Of a DNA stretch of 64,000 nt, positions 38,074-46,617 are shown piece by piece. Each line of letters begins with the position of its first letter. The stretch's first letter is position 1. This DNA comes from a virus. The DNA lies in IMG/VR virus record IMGVR_UViG_3300029893_000004, positions 11,780 to 75,779 of that record; one strand, 5' to 3'. A program made the position numbers and the translations under genes. A model generated the notes under the pieces. The model ran no database searches and was not told the DNA's origin. It worked only from the letters and a program-made list of their open reading frames with translations.

Positions 38074-38700
38074 TCACCCGCCTCGACATGTCGGAAAGAG
38101 CGTCGTCTGCCGTCCACGTCGTCGGTCTGTCCTCGCCCATACCGCCTCGCCCTCCTTCCGGTCGTCCACGATCTCCACCGTCACAGTGCCGCCGCAGCGC
38201 GTGTCCACGACGTAGACGGCGCGCACCACGCGCTCGGCGCGCTCGGCGAGGTGTAGGGGGTGGGACGGCGTCCAGCTGTTCAGCGCTGCCAGCGCGCCCG
38301 CCGCCGCCTCGCGCCCGCTCCCGATGGCGCAGTGACCTTGCTCGATCTCCCAGGCGACGCCGGAGGCATCCAGGCACCACAGCCGCCCGTCGACTACGGC
38401 GATGGCCTCCGCCTCGTAGTGGCGCGCCCCGCCCGGGGTGTCGTGCGGCTTGTCGGCCACCGCCTCGCAGGCGTGACGCAAGGCCACGGCCAGCCCCATG
38501 GCGCCGCGCTCCGCCGCGCCCTCCGCGCGCCAGAAGAAGCCCTCGCAGATCGCGTTCTGCCCCACGGCGCCGACCAGGACGTCGCCGAACCGGCGGACCT
38601 TGCGGTAGCTCTCGGCCAGGATGATGTTCCCGCTCGTCACGCGGCCGTCGCTCGCCATGGCCCACCTGTCCGCTTCGCGGAAGGCGATCACTACGCTCAT
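38074..38700 (-). CDS. HslV/proteasome-beta-like Ntn hydrolase
   Basis: M-SVVIAF...MASDGRVT.G...KV...LVGAVG...AIGSG...A.GAL...CGG. Confidence 0.75.
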   Translation of the reverse strand: MSVVIAFREADRWAMASDGRVTSGNIILAESYRKVRRFGDVLVGAVGQNAICEGFFWRAEGAAERGAMGLAVALRHACEAVADKPHDTPGGARHYEAEAIAVVDGRLWCLDASGVAWEIEQGHCAIGSGREAAAGALAALNSWTPSHPLHLAERAERVVRAVYVVDTRCGGTVTVEIVDDRKEGEAVWARTDRRRGRQTTLFPTCRGG

Positions 38701-39333
38701 GGTGCGTTGTCCTCCTTCCGTGCGCCCGCCCGCCTCGTCACCGCCACGAACCCGAACGCCCACCGCGTGCCGTCTGCGCTGTCCTTCCGCGTCGGCCGCT
38801 CGAACGGCGGCCCCATGCTCACCTGCCAGCGCGGGCCGGTGAACACGATGTTGTCGGGGCTGATCGTGATGCCGCGCGCCCGACGTCCTTGCAAGGAACC
38901 GCGCCACGTAGGCGGCAACCGGGTCCGGGCGCGCGTCGTTCCGCCGGCGCTCCTCGTCGAGCTCGGCCTGCGTGAGCGTCACCTTGAGCGGTCTCCAAGC
39001 CATCATCGACCTTCCCTCCTCACCGTCCTCGCCGCCCGTCCGCGGCCGATGTCCTTGTGTGCCTGTCCGTGGTACTGCCCCCACGCATCGGGCACCTCGC
39101 CGGTCGCCGCGCTCGGCAGGGTGGCGCACCCGCGTCTCGCACCCGCCCCACGGCAGGCGCATCTCCTCGACGCACGCCTCGCCCTCGTACCGCCGCACGG
39201 TCACGCCCGCGACGTCGCACTCCAGCTCGCAGCCGTCCGCCCGCGCCGTCGTCGTCGTGGCCGTGCGCGCCGTGACCTCCGCGCGCAGGCCCCACAGGGC
39301 GGTGATCAGGCGGTGGTGGTGGGGGTTGATCAT
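38697..39333 (-). pseudogene. Patchwork of frameshifted small-gene remnants
   Basis: Protein-like text switches frame (...ARTSGAR | GITISPDNIVFTG... and ...MRLPW | LPSAATGEVPDAWGQYHG...). Confidence 0.4.
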
Positions 39334-39734
39334 CTCGCTCGCTCCCGCAGCACGGCTGTCCCCGCCTCGACCACCTCCGCCAGCGACGCGCGGGTCAACA
39401 GCAGGTCGCGGGGCCGCTCGCCGGTCATCCGCTCGTACGTGTCGCAGTACGCCTCCCATGCCGCCCGCTCCGCCTCCGTGCTCGGGCGCGTCAGCGGCCG
39501 GTGGCGCGTGGCCTCGACCATGGCCGCGAGCATGGCGTGCCCGAGCTCCTCGACGGCCGCCAGAACCTCCGCCCGGTCGTGCTCGCCGACCGGCCGGTAG
39601 CTCACGACGCCCGGCTCGACCGCGACTACGAGCGTGCGCCCGCGCGGCAGGTCCGGGCACAGGGCGCCGGCCAGCTCGTAGCGCACGCGGCCGCCGGGGG
39701 TGGTGCGGCGGGTGTAGAGGTCGGTTGCGGTCAT
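39330..39734 (-). CDS. Hypothetical protein
   Basis: GGAGG RBS; coupled ORF. Confidence 0.6.
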   Translation of the reverse strand: MTATDLYTRRTTPGGRVRYELAGALCPDLPRGRTLVVAVEPGVVSYRPVGEHDRAEVLAAVEELGHAMLAAMVEATRHRPLTRPSTEAERAAWEAYCDTYERMTGERPRDLLLTRASLAEVVEAGTAVLRERAR

Positions 39735-39895
39735 GGCGCGGGCACCTCCGCGCACCCCGGACAGAAGACCACCCCGTCCTCGCGCATGTCACACCGCAGA
39801 TTGTCACGGCTCGTGACAGCCAGAGCGATGCTGCCGCCAATGGATGCATCTGCCACGCGAAGCGCCTGCCGGACGATTTGGTCGTCCTTCTTCAT
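39731..39895 (-). CDS. Small protein ending in CPGC
   Basis: GGGAG RBS before MKKDDQ. Confidence 0.45.
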   Translation of the reverse strand: MKKDDQIVRQALRVADASIGGSIALAVTSRDNLRCDMREDGVVFCPGCAEVPAP

Positions 39896-40077
39896 CTCCC
39901 TACCCTCCTCCCCCTCGGCCTCAGCACCACCCCGACACTCAGCAGCCGATACCGCACGGCCTGCCACGTGTAGCCCGTCTCGGCCGCCAGCTCCGAGAGA
40001 CTCGCGCCAGCCTCGTAGCGGGCAGCGAGCGCCTTGCTCAGTGTGCGGCTCTTGGGGCCGGTGAGGCGCTGGGTCAC
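39892..40077 (-). CDS. HTH DNA-binding protein
   Basis: ARYEAGASLSELAAETGYTWQAVRYRLLSVGVVLRPRG. Confidence 0.8.
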   Translation of the reverse strand: MTQRLTGPKSRTLSKALAARYEAGASLSELAAETGYTWQAVRYRLLSVGVVLRPRGRRVGR

Positions 40078-40397
40078 GTGATGACCTCGCGCATGGCCGC
40101 TGCCACGTCGCGCTTGAGCTGAATCACCCGGTCGTGCAGTTGCCGCGCCGCCTCCTCGGGCCTCGAGCACCACGACGTCTCGACGTGGAAGCCCGGCAGC
40201 GACGCGACGCCCTTCCAGCCGACCGCCTCGCCGTCGGCTGACTCGACGTCCAGCGTCACGCCCGGGCCGTCGTAGGTCCAGGCGTCGCAGTCGGCGTCGA
40301 ACACGAGCTGTGCGCGCCCGACGCGCAGAACGTCCGGGTCGTCGGCCGGGCGGCCGTCGCGCAGATCCTTGACCTTGGGTCGCTTGGCGCTTGTCAC
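40074..40397 (-). CDS. Hypothetical protein
   Basis: Coupled ORF. Confidence 0.55.
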   Translation of the reverse strand: MTSAKRPKVKDLRDGRPADDPDVLRVGRAQLVFDADCDAWTYDGPGVTLDVESADGEAVGWKGVASLPGFHVETSWCSRPEEAARQLHDRVIQLKRDVAAAMREVIT

Positions 40398-40681
40398 AGT
40401 GCGTTCTTCCCGCGGTCGTGCCGCGTCGTGCCGAGCTTGCGCAGGCGCTGCGCGACGGCCGCCTGAGTCATGCCAGCCTCGTTCGCGATCTGCGGCTGAG
40501 TCGCGCCGTTCCGGTACGCCTCCGCCATGGCCTCGCTCACCGCGCGGCTCTCGGGCGTCTCCGTCCGGCCCTTGCGCAGCCGGCCCGTGATGCGCGCCGG
40601 GTCGTCGCCGGTCAGCTTGGCGATCTTCTCGACAGTCAGGCCGCCAGCGATGGCGGCCCGGATGATGGGGGCTGGGATCAT
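40394..40681 (-). CDS. Tandem HTH protein
   Basis: GLTVEKIAKLTG and YRNGATQPQIANEAGMTQAAVAQRL. Confidence 0.7.
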   Translation of the reverse strand: MIPAPIIRAAIAGGLTVEKIAKLTGDDPARITGRLRKGRTETPESRAVSEAMAEAYRNGATQPQIANEAGMTQAAVAQRLRKLGTTRHDRGKNAL

Positions 40682-40692
40682 GGGGGCCTCCT

Positions 40693-40980
40693 TCACCGTG
40701 CGTGGGCCTTGGGAAACCGGCAGCCGTCCGCGAACGGCTGGACCCAGCCGGCGGAGCACTCGAGCGGCGGCGTGATGACCTCGCCCTTCGGCGTCTCCAA
40801 CGACAGGTTGCAACTCGCGTAGCCGTCCCCGTCGCTGTCCGAGCCCTGGCACGCGACGTTGACGATCTTGTGCCCCGGGTAGTTGGCCGCGGCGTACTCC
40901 CGCGCCAGTCCCTCGGCCTTCTCGACGTTGGCGCAACCGGCCAGCGCGAGCGCCGCGATGATGAGCGTGATGTGTCTCAT
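40693..40980 (-). CDS. Lipoprotein
   Basis: MRHITLIIAALALAGC lipobox; four further Cys. Confidence 0.8.
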   Translation of the reverse strand: MRHITLIIAALALAGCANVEKAEGLAREYAAANYPGHKIVNVACQGSDSDGDGYASCNLSLETPKGEVITPPLECSAGWVQPFADGCRFPKAHAR

Positions 40981-40989
40981 GGGGTCCTC

Positions 40990-41184
40990 CTACCAGCGCC
41001 GCGCGGCGCCGAAGCCGACGAAGATGCCGATGATCAGCAGCACCACCGCGACGCTGATCCACAGCGGCGAGAGCACCCACCACCACGACCAGTCGATGAC
41101 GCTGCCGAGCTTGAGCCCGATGAACAGGATCGTCAGCAGTCCCGCGAAACCCACGCCGCCGCTGCTCCCGCTGCTCTGTGCCAT
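40990..41184 (-). CDS. Small membrane protein (WSWWWVLSPLW type, common in phages)
   Basis: LFIGLKLGSVIDWSWWWVLSPLW; GGAGG RBS. Confidence 0.85.
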   Translation of the reverse strand: MAQSSGSSGGVGFAGLLTILFIGLKLGSVIDWSWWWVLSPLWISVAVVLLIIGIFVGFGAARRW

Positions 41185-41279
41185 TGCCTACCTCCTCTCT
41201 TGAAGCTTCCCGCCCGACTGACCCGCGTCCGTAAGACGGGCCCGCCGGACGGGCGCCCGCACCGCGCGGGCGTGACTGG

Positions 41280-41462
41280 TCAGCGCCCGCCGCGCTGGTA
41301 GCCGCGCACCTTGGCCGCCTGGCCGCGCGCGATGTCGAGGTCGTCGCGCTCCACAGCCACGGCGCGGGTGTGCGCAACAGCGATCTGGCGGCACTCGGTC
41401 TCGGTCAGCTTCCGATCGCCGACGACACTCGGCGGAACGGGGCCGGTGATAAGGCGTCTCAT
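41280..41462 (-). CDS. Hypothetical protein
   Basis: GGAGG RBS. Confidence 0.5.
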   Translation of the reverse strand: MRRLITGPVPPSVVGDRKLTETECRQIAVAHTRAVAVERDDLDIARGQAAKVRGYQRGGR

Positions 41463-41613
41463 GGCCCCACCTCCGCTCGCGCCGCGACTTCGCGCACCGT
41501 GGCGCTCAGGTCCCCAATGTCGTTACCCAACGAACCCGCCTGAGATCCGTCCGCTGAGATCACGCGGGAGTGCCGTCGAACGCAGCCGGTCGCCGCTGTC
41601 CCTGTCCCCGTGC

Positions 41614-42033
41614 TCATGCCTCACTCCCTGCCGCCGGCGCAGCTCGCAGCCATGCGATGCGGTCACGCACCCAACGGTCCAGGTCCTCGCCGCTGTGCGG
41701 CAGGTACTGGAACTCGATGGTCGTCCGCTCCATCGCGTCCCGCTGCCCCGTGGTGAGCCACACGCGGATGCCGATGTGGGGCAGCACCGCCTGCTTGCTC
41801 GCGTCCTTCTCGGCCCGGTAGTCGATGATGAAGCCGCCCATGAAACTCTCGCAGGAGAAGCCCGCACGGGTGAAGCGCCGCGTGACCTTGGCTGCGAGCA
41901 GCTTTCCCAGACGGTTGTGCTCGCGTCGCGCGTGGTCGAGCGCATCCTTCCGCCGCCGGTACGCCTCCTCGGCTTCGCGGGCCACGGGGACGGGCAGAGC
42001 CGCCAGCGCGGCGATGATTTCGGCAGTGGTCAT
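41614..42033 (-). CDS. Hypothetical protein
   Basis: GGAG RBS before MTTAEIIA. Confidence 0.6.
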   Translation of the reverse strand: MTTAEIIAALAALPVPVAREAEEAYRRRKDALDHARREHNRLGKLLAAKVTRRFTRAGFSCESFMGGFIIDYRAEKDASKQAVLPHIGIRVWLTTGQRDAMERTTIEFQYLPHSGEDLDRWVRDRIAWLRAAPAAGSEA

Positions 42034-42227
42034 GGCAACGGTCTCCTCTGCATTGGGCAAGGGATCTTGGAGTCGCACAGCCCGCCGCACCCGCAAACGG
42101 CGCACGTGGCGTCGCCGTAGCGGCACTTGTCGAGCGTGCGCTTGTGCGTTTCGCAGTAGATATCCTCGCGGTAGCGCCGGCGGCGGGCGTTGCGCTTACG
42201 ATCCATCAGCTTGCCTACCCAGGGCAT
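42030..42227 (-). CDS. Small Cys-rich (Zn-binding) protein
   Basis: CETH...C...CAVCGCGGLC...C; TGATG coupling. Confidence 0.5.
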   Translation of the reverse strand: MPWVGKLMDRKRNARRRRYREDIYCETHKRTLDKCRYGDATCAVCGCGGLCDSKIPCPMQRRPLP

Positions 42228-43696
42228 CAGGCCGTCCCCCACTCGTCTTCCGCGAGGATCTCCGAGCAGAGCACCGTCGCGGCCGTCAATTCCTCGTTCG
42301 CGCCACCCGCCTCGATGTAGCCTTGGATGCGACGCACCTTCTCGGCGAGGCTTCGGGCGAACCGCCGGGCGTCTTCGAGCGGAGTTGAACCTGCCTCGGC
42401 CGCGCGGACCCTGACGTACGCTCCGTAGCTACCCTGGATCGCTCGGAGCTCGCTCGCTGTGGCTCGAACCTTCGGGGCGAGGGCTGCATCGATCTCTGCG
42501 GAGATCCCTTGGATCGCAGCGTCCATCTCCTTCAGAGTTGCTCCCAAGGCATGCTGCTCGGTGGACATCTGCTCCGCTGCGACACGAAGCTCCACCCGCA
42601 AGCGCTGAACCTTGGCCGCTTCTGCCTGGGCGGCTTCGAGGGTGGACTCGGGCGCGCGCACTTCGGCATGCCGCTGATGTTCGGGTTCAGCTCCACAGTA
42701 GTCGCACGATTTTTCGCCGTACATCTGCAGGAGATAGGCAGACTCCTTCATGGCATCGAGCCGAAGAAGGTCCGACTCATAGTGTGCGTCGAGCAAGGAC
42801 GCGCGTGCGAGCATCGCGTCGAGTTCATCCAACCGCCCTCGATGCTCGCGTTGCTGGGTAAGGAACTTGGCCCTCTTGGACTCCGCGGCGCGAAGATCGC
42901 TCAACGCCGTGCTCGACAGATCGCCCAGTTCACGCAGCTTGGCTTCGAGTTCAGACGCCAGCTCAGGCGTGATGTCCATGCTCTGGAGGAGCTCATCGAG
43001 CGCGGCCTGGTCACGCTCAAGCAGACCCTCGATCGCCTCCTTCCGCCCTGCCAACCGGCCCGCGGACGTTTTCGCATCCTCTGGCTGCACGATGGCGGAA
43101 TCATCGACACCGGTGAGCAACATCCGGATCATACTTGCCGCGGCAGTGTTGCCGGTATTCTGGGAACCGTAGAGCGGAGAGCGCTTCGCGATGATTCGCT
43201 CTTCATCGACGATCAGGGCCTTGGACAGGACCCGGAAACTGGCCTCCTGAGTCGTCCCGCTATCGTTCTTGCGGACTCGCCTGCCATCAAGGCCGCACAG
43301 GCCAAGCAAGAAGCCGGAGACAGACTCCTTGGCGTTGGTGGTCTCGCCCAGAACCTCCCACTCGATGTCGGCTCCGAGTGCATCGTCGATCGGCCCGCGA
43401 AAGAGCCCGATCTTCCCACCAACGAGCGCACGCTTCAGGGTGTAGAACTGGCCGTCGGCCGCTTCGATGCACAGATAGGCGACGTCGTACGGTCTTGCCT
43501 GCGGGATCTCTTCGGGAGGGGTGCCGGCGCCCATCACGAAGTCGATGCAGCTCAAGGCGTAGGACTTCCCCGTATCCGACGCCCCCTCGATGACGTTGAG
43601 CCCCGACGCGAAGACGAGACTCCCGGCCACCTGACCAGGGCCACAGAGACGAAGCTCCCGAAGCTCGAAACCGCGGCGAGCGCTCTCGTCTGTCAT
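42227..43696 (-). pseudogene. C-terminally truncated ABC-3C/Lamassu (LmuB-like) SMC-type ATPase
   Basis: GLNVIEGASDTGKSY Walker A, coiled coil, central CDYC; no ABC signature or Walker B half; different codon usage from flanks. Confidence 0.75.
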
Positions 43697-44193
43697 GTCG
43701 ACCTCCCTGAGCCGCGGTACTCGGCGAACTGCCCACCCCAGCGATCGAGCTCTGTATTGACGTATCGGCTGATCTCGCTGGTCTCCAACTCTCCGAAGCT
43801 CGCTGCGATCCAGCTCGCGCGGCTCCGAAGGGCTTCGACATACTTGCTGCGGAGCGAGTCCAGGAAGCAGCCGCCTCGGTCGGTTGCGCCGTAGCTGAAA
43901 CCGTTCGCGTCCATCGTCACGGAGACCAGACCGCGCCTGGCGTACAGGGCAAGGCCAGGCTCCAGCACGGCACGTCGGACGAGCACTTCGGCTCCGCGTT
44001 GTGGCACCGCAGGATGGAGACTCTCCGGGCCACCGTCCACGTCCGCCGAGTGGACCAGAAGGTAGTCGAGCAGAACGAGCCGCTGAAGGTCGTGGCGATG
44101 AGGATCGAGCTCGACGAGGATGCACAGCGAGCGGAGCCCAAGCTCGACTGGCGAGTTGAACACCCAGGATGTCGTGGCGTCCGGCGTGCCCAT
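43693..44193 (-). CDS. ABC-three-component system middle component (Lamassu LmuC-like), intact
   Basis: FNSPVELGLRSL...DLQRLVLLDYLLVHSADV.GGP.SLHP.VP.RG.E.LVRR. Confidence 0.8.
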   Translation of the reverse strand: MGTPDATTSWVFNSPVELGLRSLCILVELDPHRHDLQRLVLLDYLLVHSADVDGGPESLHPAVPQRGAEVLVRRAVLEPGLALYARRGLVSVTMDANGFSYGATDRGGCFLDSLRSKYVEALRSRASWIAASFGELETSEISRYVNTELDRWGGQFAEYRGSGRST

Positions 44194-44384
44194 CACGGCA
44201 CCCACTTGAGCCGAGCGTTGTCGGCGAGCTGGTGGCAGATGCCTGCCTTGTCCTTGACCCCGAGCACCTGACCGACGCCGCTGGTCCAGCGCACGCGCAC
44301 GACGCCGCGCCCTGCCTCCGTCTTGTGCTTGTTCTTGCGCCGGCCCTCGGTGTGACTGCGGCGGCGCAGGATGTTCGTGTTCAC
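44193..44384 (-). pseudogene. Chimeric ORF ending in the ABC-3C effector C-terminal motif
   Basis: ...KDKAGICHQLADNARLKWVP* coupled (TGATG) to the middle component; N-terminal half unrelated and basic. Confidence 0.65.
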
Positions 44385-44530
44385 CGCCCCGCCTCCGCCG
44401 TCCGCGCCCCGTCCTGCAGCCCGCGCTCGTAGCCGTGCTGCCACGCCTCGCCGAGCGCCGCTGCGCTCATCCACACGACGAACCCAATCGCCGCAATCGC
44501 GCACGCGGCAGCGGTCAGGAGTCGGATCAT
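44381..44530 (-). CDS. Small membrane protein
   Basis: GAGGTG RBS; MIRLLTAAACAIAAIGFVVWMSAAALGEAWQHGYERG. Confidence 0.55.
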   Translation of the reverse strand: MIRLLTAAACAIAAIGFVVWMSAAALGEAWQHGYERGLQDGARTAEAGR

Positions 44531-44568
44531 GCGTCACCTCGCTTTACTGACGATAAACTTGACTGGTA

Positions 44569-44597
44569 GTAATACAACGACCCACACGAACACGCAA
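44569..44597 (-). promoter_or_regulatory. Sigma70-like promoter for the accessory operon
   Basis: TTGCGT-N17-TATTAC in an AT-rich gap. Confidence 0.45.
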
Positions 44598-44606
44598 GCG
44601 AAAAGC

Positions 44607-45971
44607 TCAGGCCGCCGCGCTTTCCGCAAAACGCCAGCCGGTATCGGCACTTAGCTCCGCCTCGCGCGCTTCACCCACAAGCAGGTTGCCACCAAACAGA
44701 GCGCGTCCGTCCTCGAACGGCACGATCTGCGGCCAGACGGCGCCGTCGTCGCAGCGGGTGAGCACCATGGCGCCCTGCTGCCAGTCGACGCGCGGCGTCG
44801 CGGCCGGCACCACGCCGTCAATGCGGCAGAGCGTGCCCGGGCTCCCGCTGAAGATGCGCGTGCGGCGCCCGCCCGGGCCGTGCAGCGTGCGCCACGCGAG
44901 CTCGCAGCGGTGGATGTGCCCGTAGACCTCGGAGTGCGTGGCCTCGCCCAGCACGGCGGCGGCCGTCGCGCCCGCGCGCTTGCGTACCGTGTGCCCGTGG
45001 TGCACACGCACCTGGTCCCACAGCCACACCTCGGCGCCGTAGGGCCCGTGGTACTCGACGTCGAGCGCCGCGAGCCCGAGCAGGCGCGGGATGCTCAGGA
45101 GCGCCGGCCCGCGCGTGTCGTCGGCCGGTCGCAGGCCCTCGGCCTCGGGCAGCATGGCGACGATCGCCTTCTCGATCCGGTGCTCGTGGTTGCCCTCCAG
45201 GTAGACGATGCGCGCCCCGGGCGCCGCTGTGCGCAGGCGCCCGATGAACCAGTGCAACTCGATCAGGCTCGCCTGCGTCGTGTACCGGAGCGCGGCGCTG
45301 GCCGTGTACTTGGTCGACCACGGCGCCAGGTCGAGCATGTCGCCCAGGAGCACGATGATCTCGGGCTGCAGGAGCTGCGCGAGCTGTACGGCCAAGTCGC
45401 AGGCGCGCCGGTCGTGCAGCGGGTCGAGCGTGCCGCGCTCCCGGTCGTGCCGGAACCCGTGCTGACTGTCGGGGACGATGAGCGCCTGTCGCAGCGCCCC
45501 GGGCTCGAGGGGCCGCGCCTCGCGCCGGAGGTGCGCGACCGGCTGCACCGGCTCGAGGCCGGGCGTGCGCTGTTGCAGATGCGCCGTCACCTGCCAGACG
45601 CGCCGGTCGCCGCTCACCCAGCTATTCGCCTTCCAGCGCTCGACCGCCCAGCGCTCCCGGTCGACGTCCGCGTCGCGCATCAGGTCGTCGAGCGTGTAGG
45701 GGCCCTCATCCGTCGCAGCTCCGGCCGTCGCCCCGTCGTCGGTCTCGCGCAGGGCAGCGGGGGCCGGCGGGGGCGGCTCCTCGGCGTCCTGGGGCACGCG
45801 CGGCGGCTTGATGCGCGTCGTCATCGGGCGGCCGCTCTTCGCGGCCTCGATGCGCCCGCGCAGGGTCGAGCGCGAGACGCCCAGCGCGCGGGCGGCGCTG
45901 GCGACGCACCCGTGGTGCGGCTCGGAGTCGACGAAGCGCAGGAGCGCCTCGCCGGTCAGGGAGTCGGCCAT
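44607..45971 (-). CDS. Calcineurin-like metallophosphoesterase with N-terminal HTH
   Basis: VPDSQH, LLGDMLD, LEGNHE, HHGH, YGHIHR; AARALGVSRSTLRGRI. Confidence 0.9.
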   Translation of the reverse strand: MADSLTGEALLRFVDSEPHHGCVASAARALGVSRSTLRGRIEAAKSGRPMTTRIKPPRVPQDAEEPPPPAPAALRETDDGATAGAATDEGPYTLDDLMRDADVDRERWAVERWKANSWVSGDRRVWQVTAHLQQRTPGLEPVQPVAHLRREARPLEPGALRQALIVPDSQHGFRHDRERGTLDPLHDRRACDLAVQLAQLLQPEIIVLLGDMLDLAPWSTKYTASAALRYTTQASLIELHWFIGRLRTAAPGARIVYLEGNHEHRIEKAIVAMLPEAEGLRPADDTRGPALLSIPRLLGLAALDVEYHGPYGAEVWLWDQVRVHHGHTVRKRAGATAAAVLGEATHSEVYGHIHRCELAWRTLHGPGGRRTRIFSGSPGTLCRIDGVVPAATPRVDWQQGAMVLTRCDDGAVWPQIVPFEDGRALFGGNLLVGEAREAELSADTGWRFAESAAA

Positions 45972-46003
45972 GGGGGGTGTCCTTTGTGGGAGAGGCGGGA
46001 GGG

Positions 46004-46564
46004 TCAGGCGGCCGAGCGCTCGATGCGCTTCAGCTTCTTGTAGTAGCTCGGATCTTCGGCCAGGTGGTCCATCGCGATCTCGCGCGCGATGGCCTCGTCG
46101 TCGGTGTGCTCGCGCTCGTGCGCGATGCCCTCGGCGAGCGCCTCGGGGTCGAAGTCCTCGGGGCACCGGCCGTCCGCCGTGCCGCCGCGGAGCTTCTCGC
46201 GCGGGCGCAGCGCCTTCTCCGTCGCCTTGTCCGCCCGCTCGACGATGGCCCGGGCCCACCGCCAGCCGGCGTCACCGCCCCAGAGGTGCCACGCCTGCCA
46301 GCCCTTGCCCTGCTCGTCCCACGTCTCGCCCTGCTTGTCGGGCTCGTGACGCGGGAAGTAGGCGGCGATGTGCCGGACCTTCGCCAGCGACACCGGGCGG
46401 CCGGACGCCAGCAGGCGAGCCGTTGCGAGGCCGACGGACGTGCCGCCGCGCTCGCTCGGGGGCTTGTCCTTGCGGACCTGCAAGGCGCGCCGGGCGGCGG
46501 CCTGGACGGCGAGGGGCGGGGTGTAGGAGTCGGTGGACTTGTGGAGGTGCAGGACGAGGCGCAT
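46004..46564 (-). CDS. Head-associated protein: RGGT.VG...LWGGDAG domain + DUF5661-like domain
   Basis: YTPP..V..AARRAL...RGGTSVG...WHLWGGDAGWRWA; DFDPEALAEGIAHEREHTDDEAIAREIAMDHLAEDPSYY. Confidence 0.8.
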   Translation of the reverse strand: MRLVLHLHKSTDSYTPPLAVQAAARRALQVRKDKPPSERGGTSVGLATARLLASGRPVSLAKVRHIAAYFPRHEPDKQGETWDEQGKGWQAWHLWGGDAGWRWARAIVERADKATEKALRPREKLRGGTADGRCPEDFDPEALAEGIAHEREHTDDEAIAREIAMDHLAEDPSYYKKLKRIERSAA

Positions 46565-46617
46565 CGGACGCGCGCTCAGCGCCTTCTCCGTGTTGGCCTC
46601 AGGGATCTTCGCGCCCG

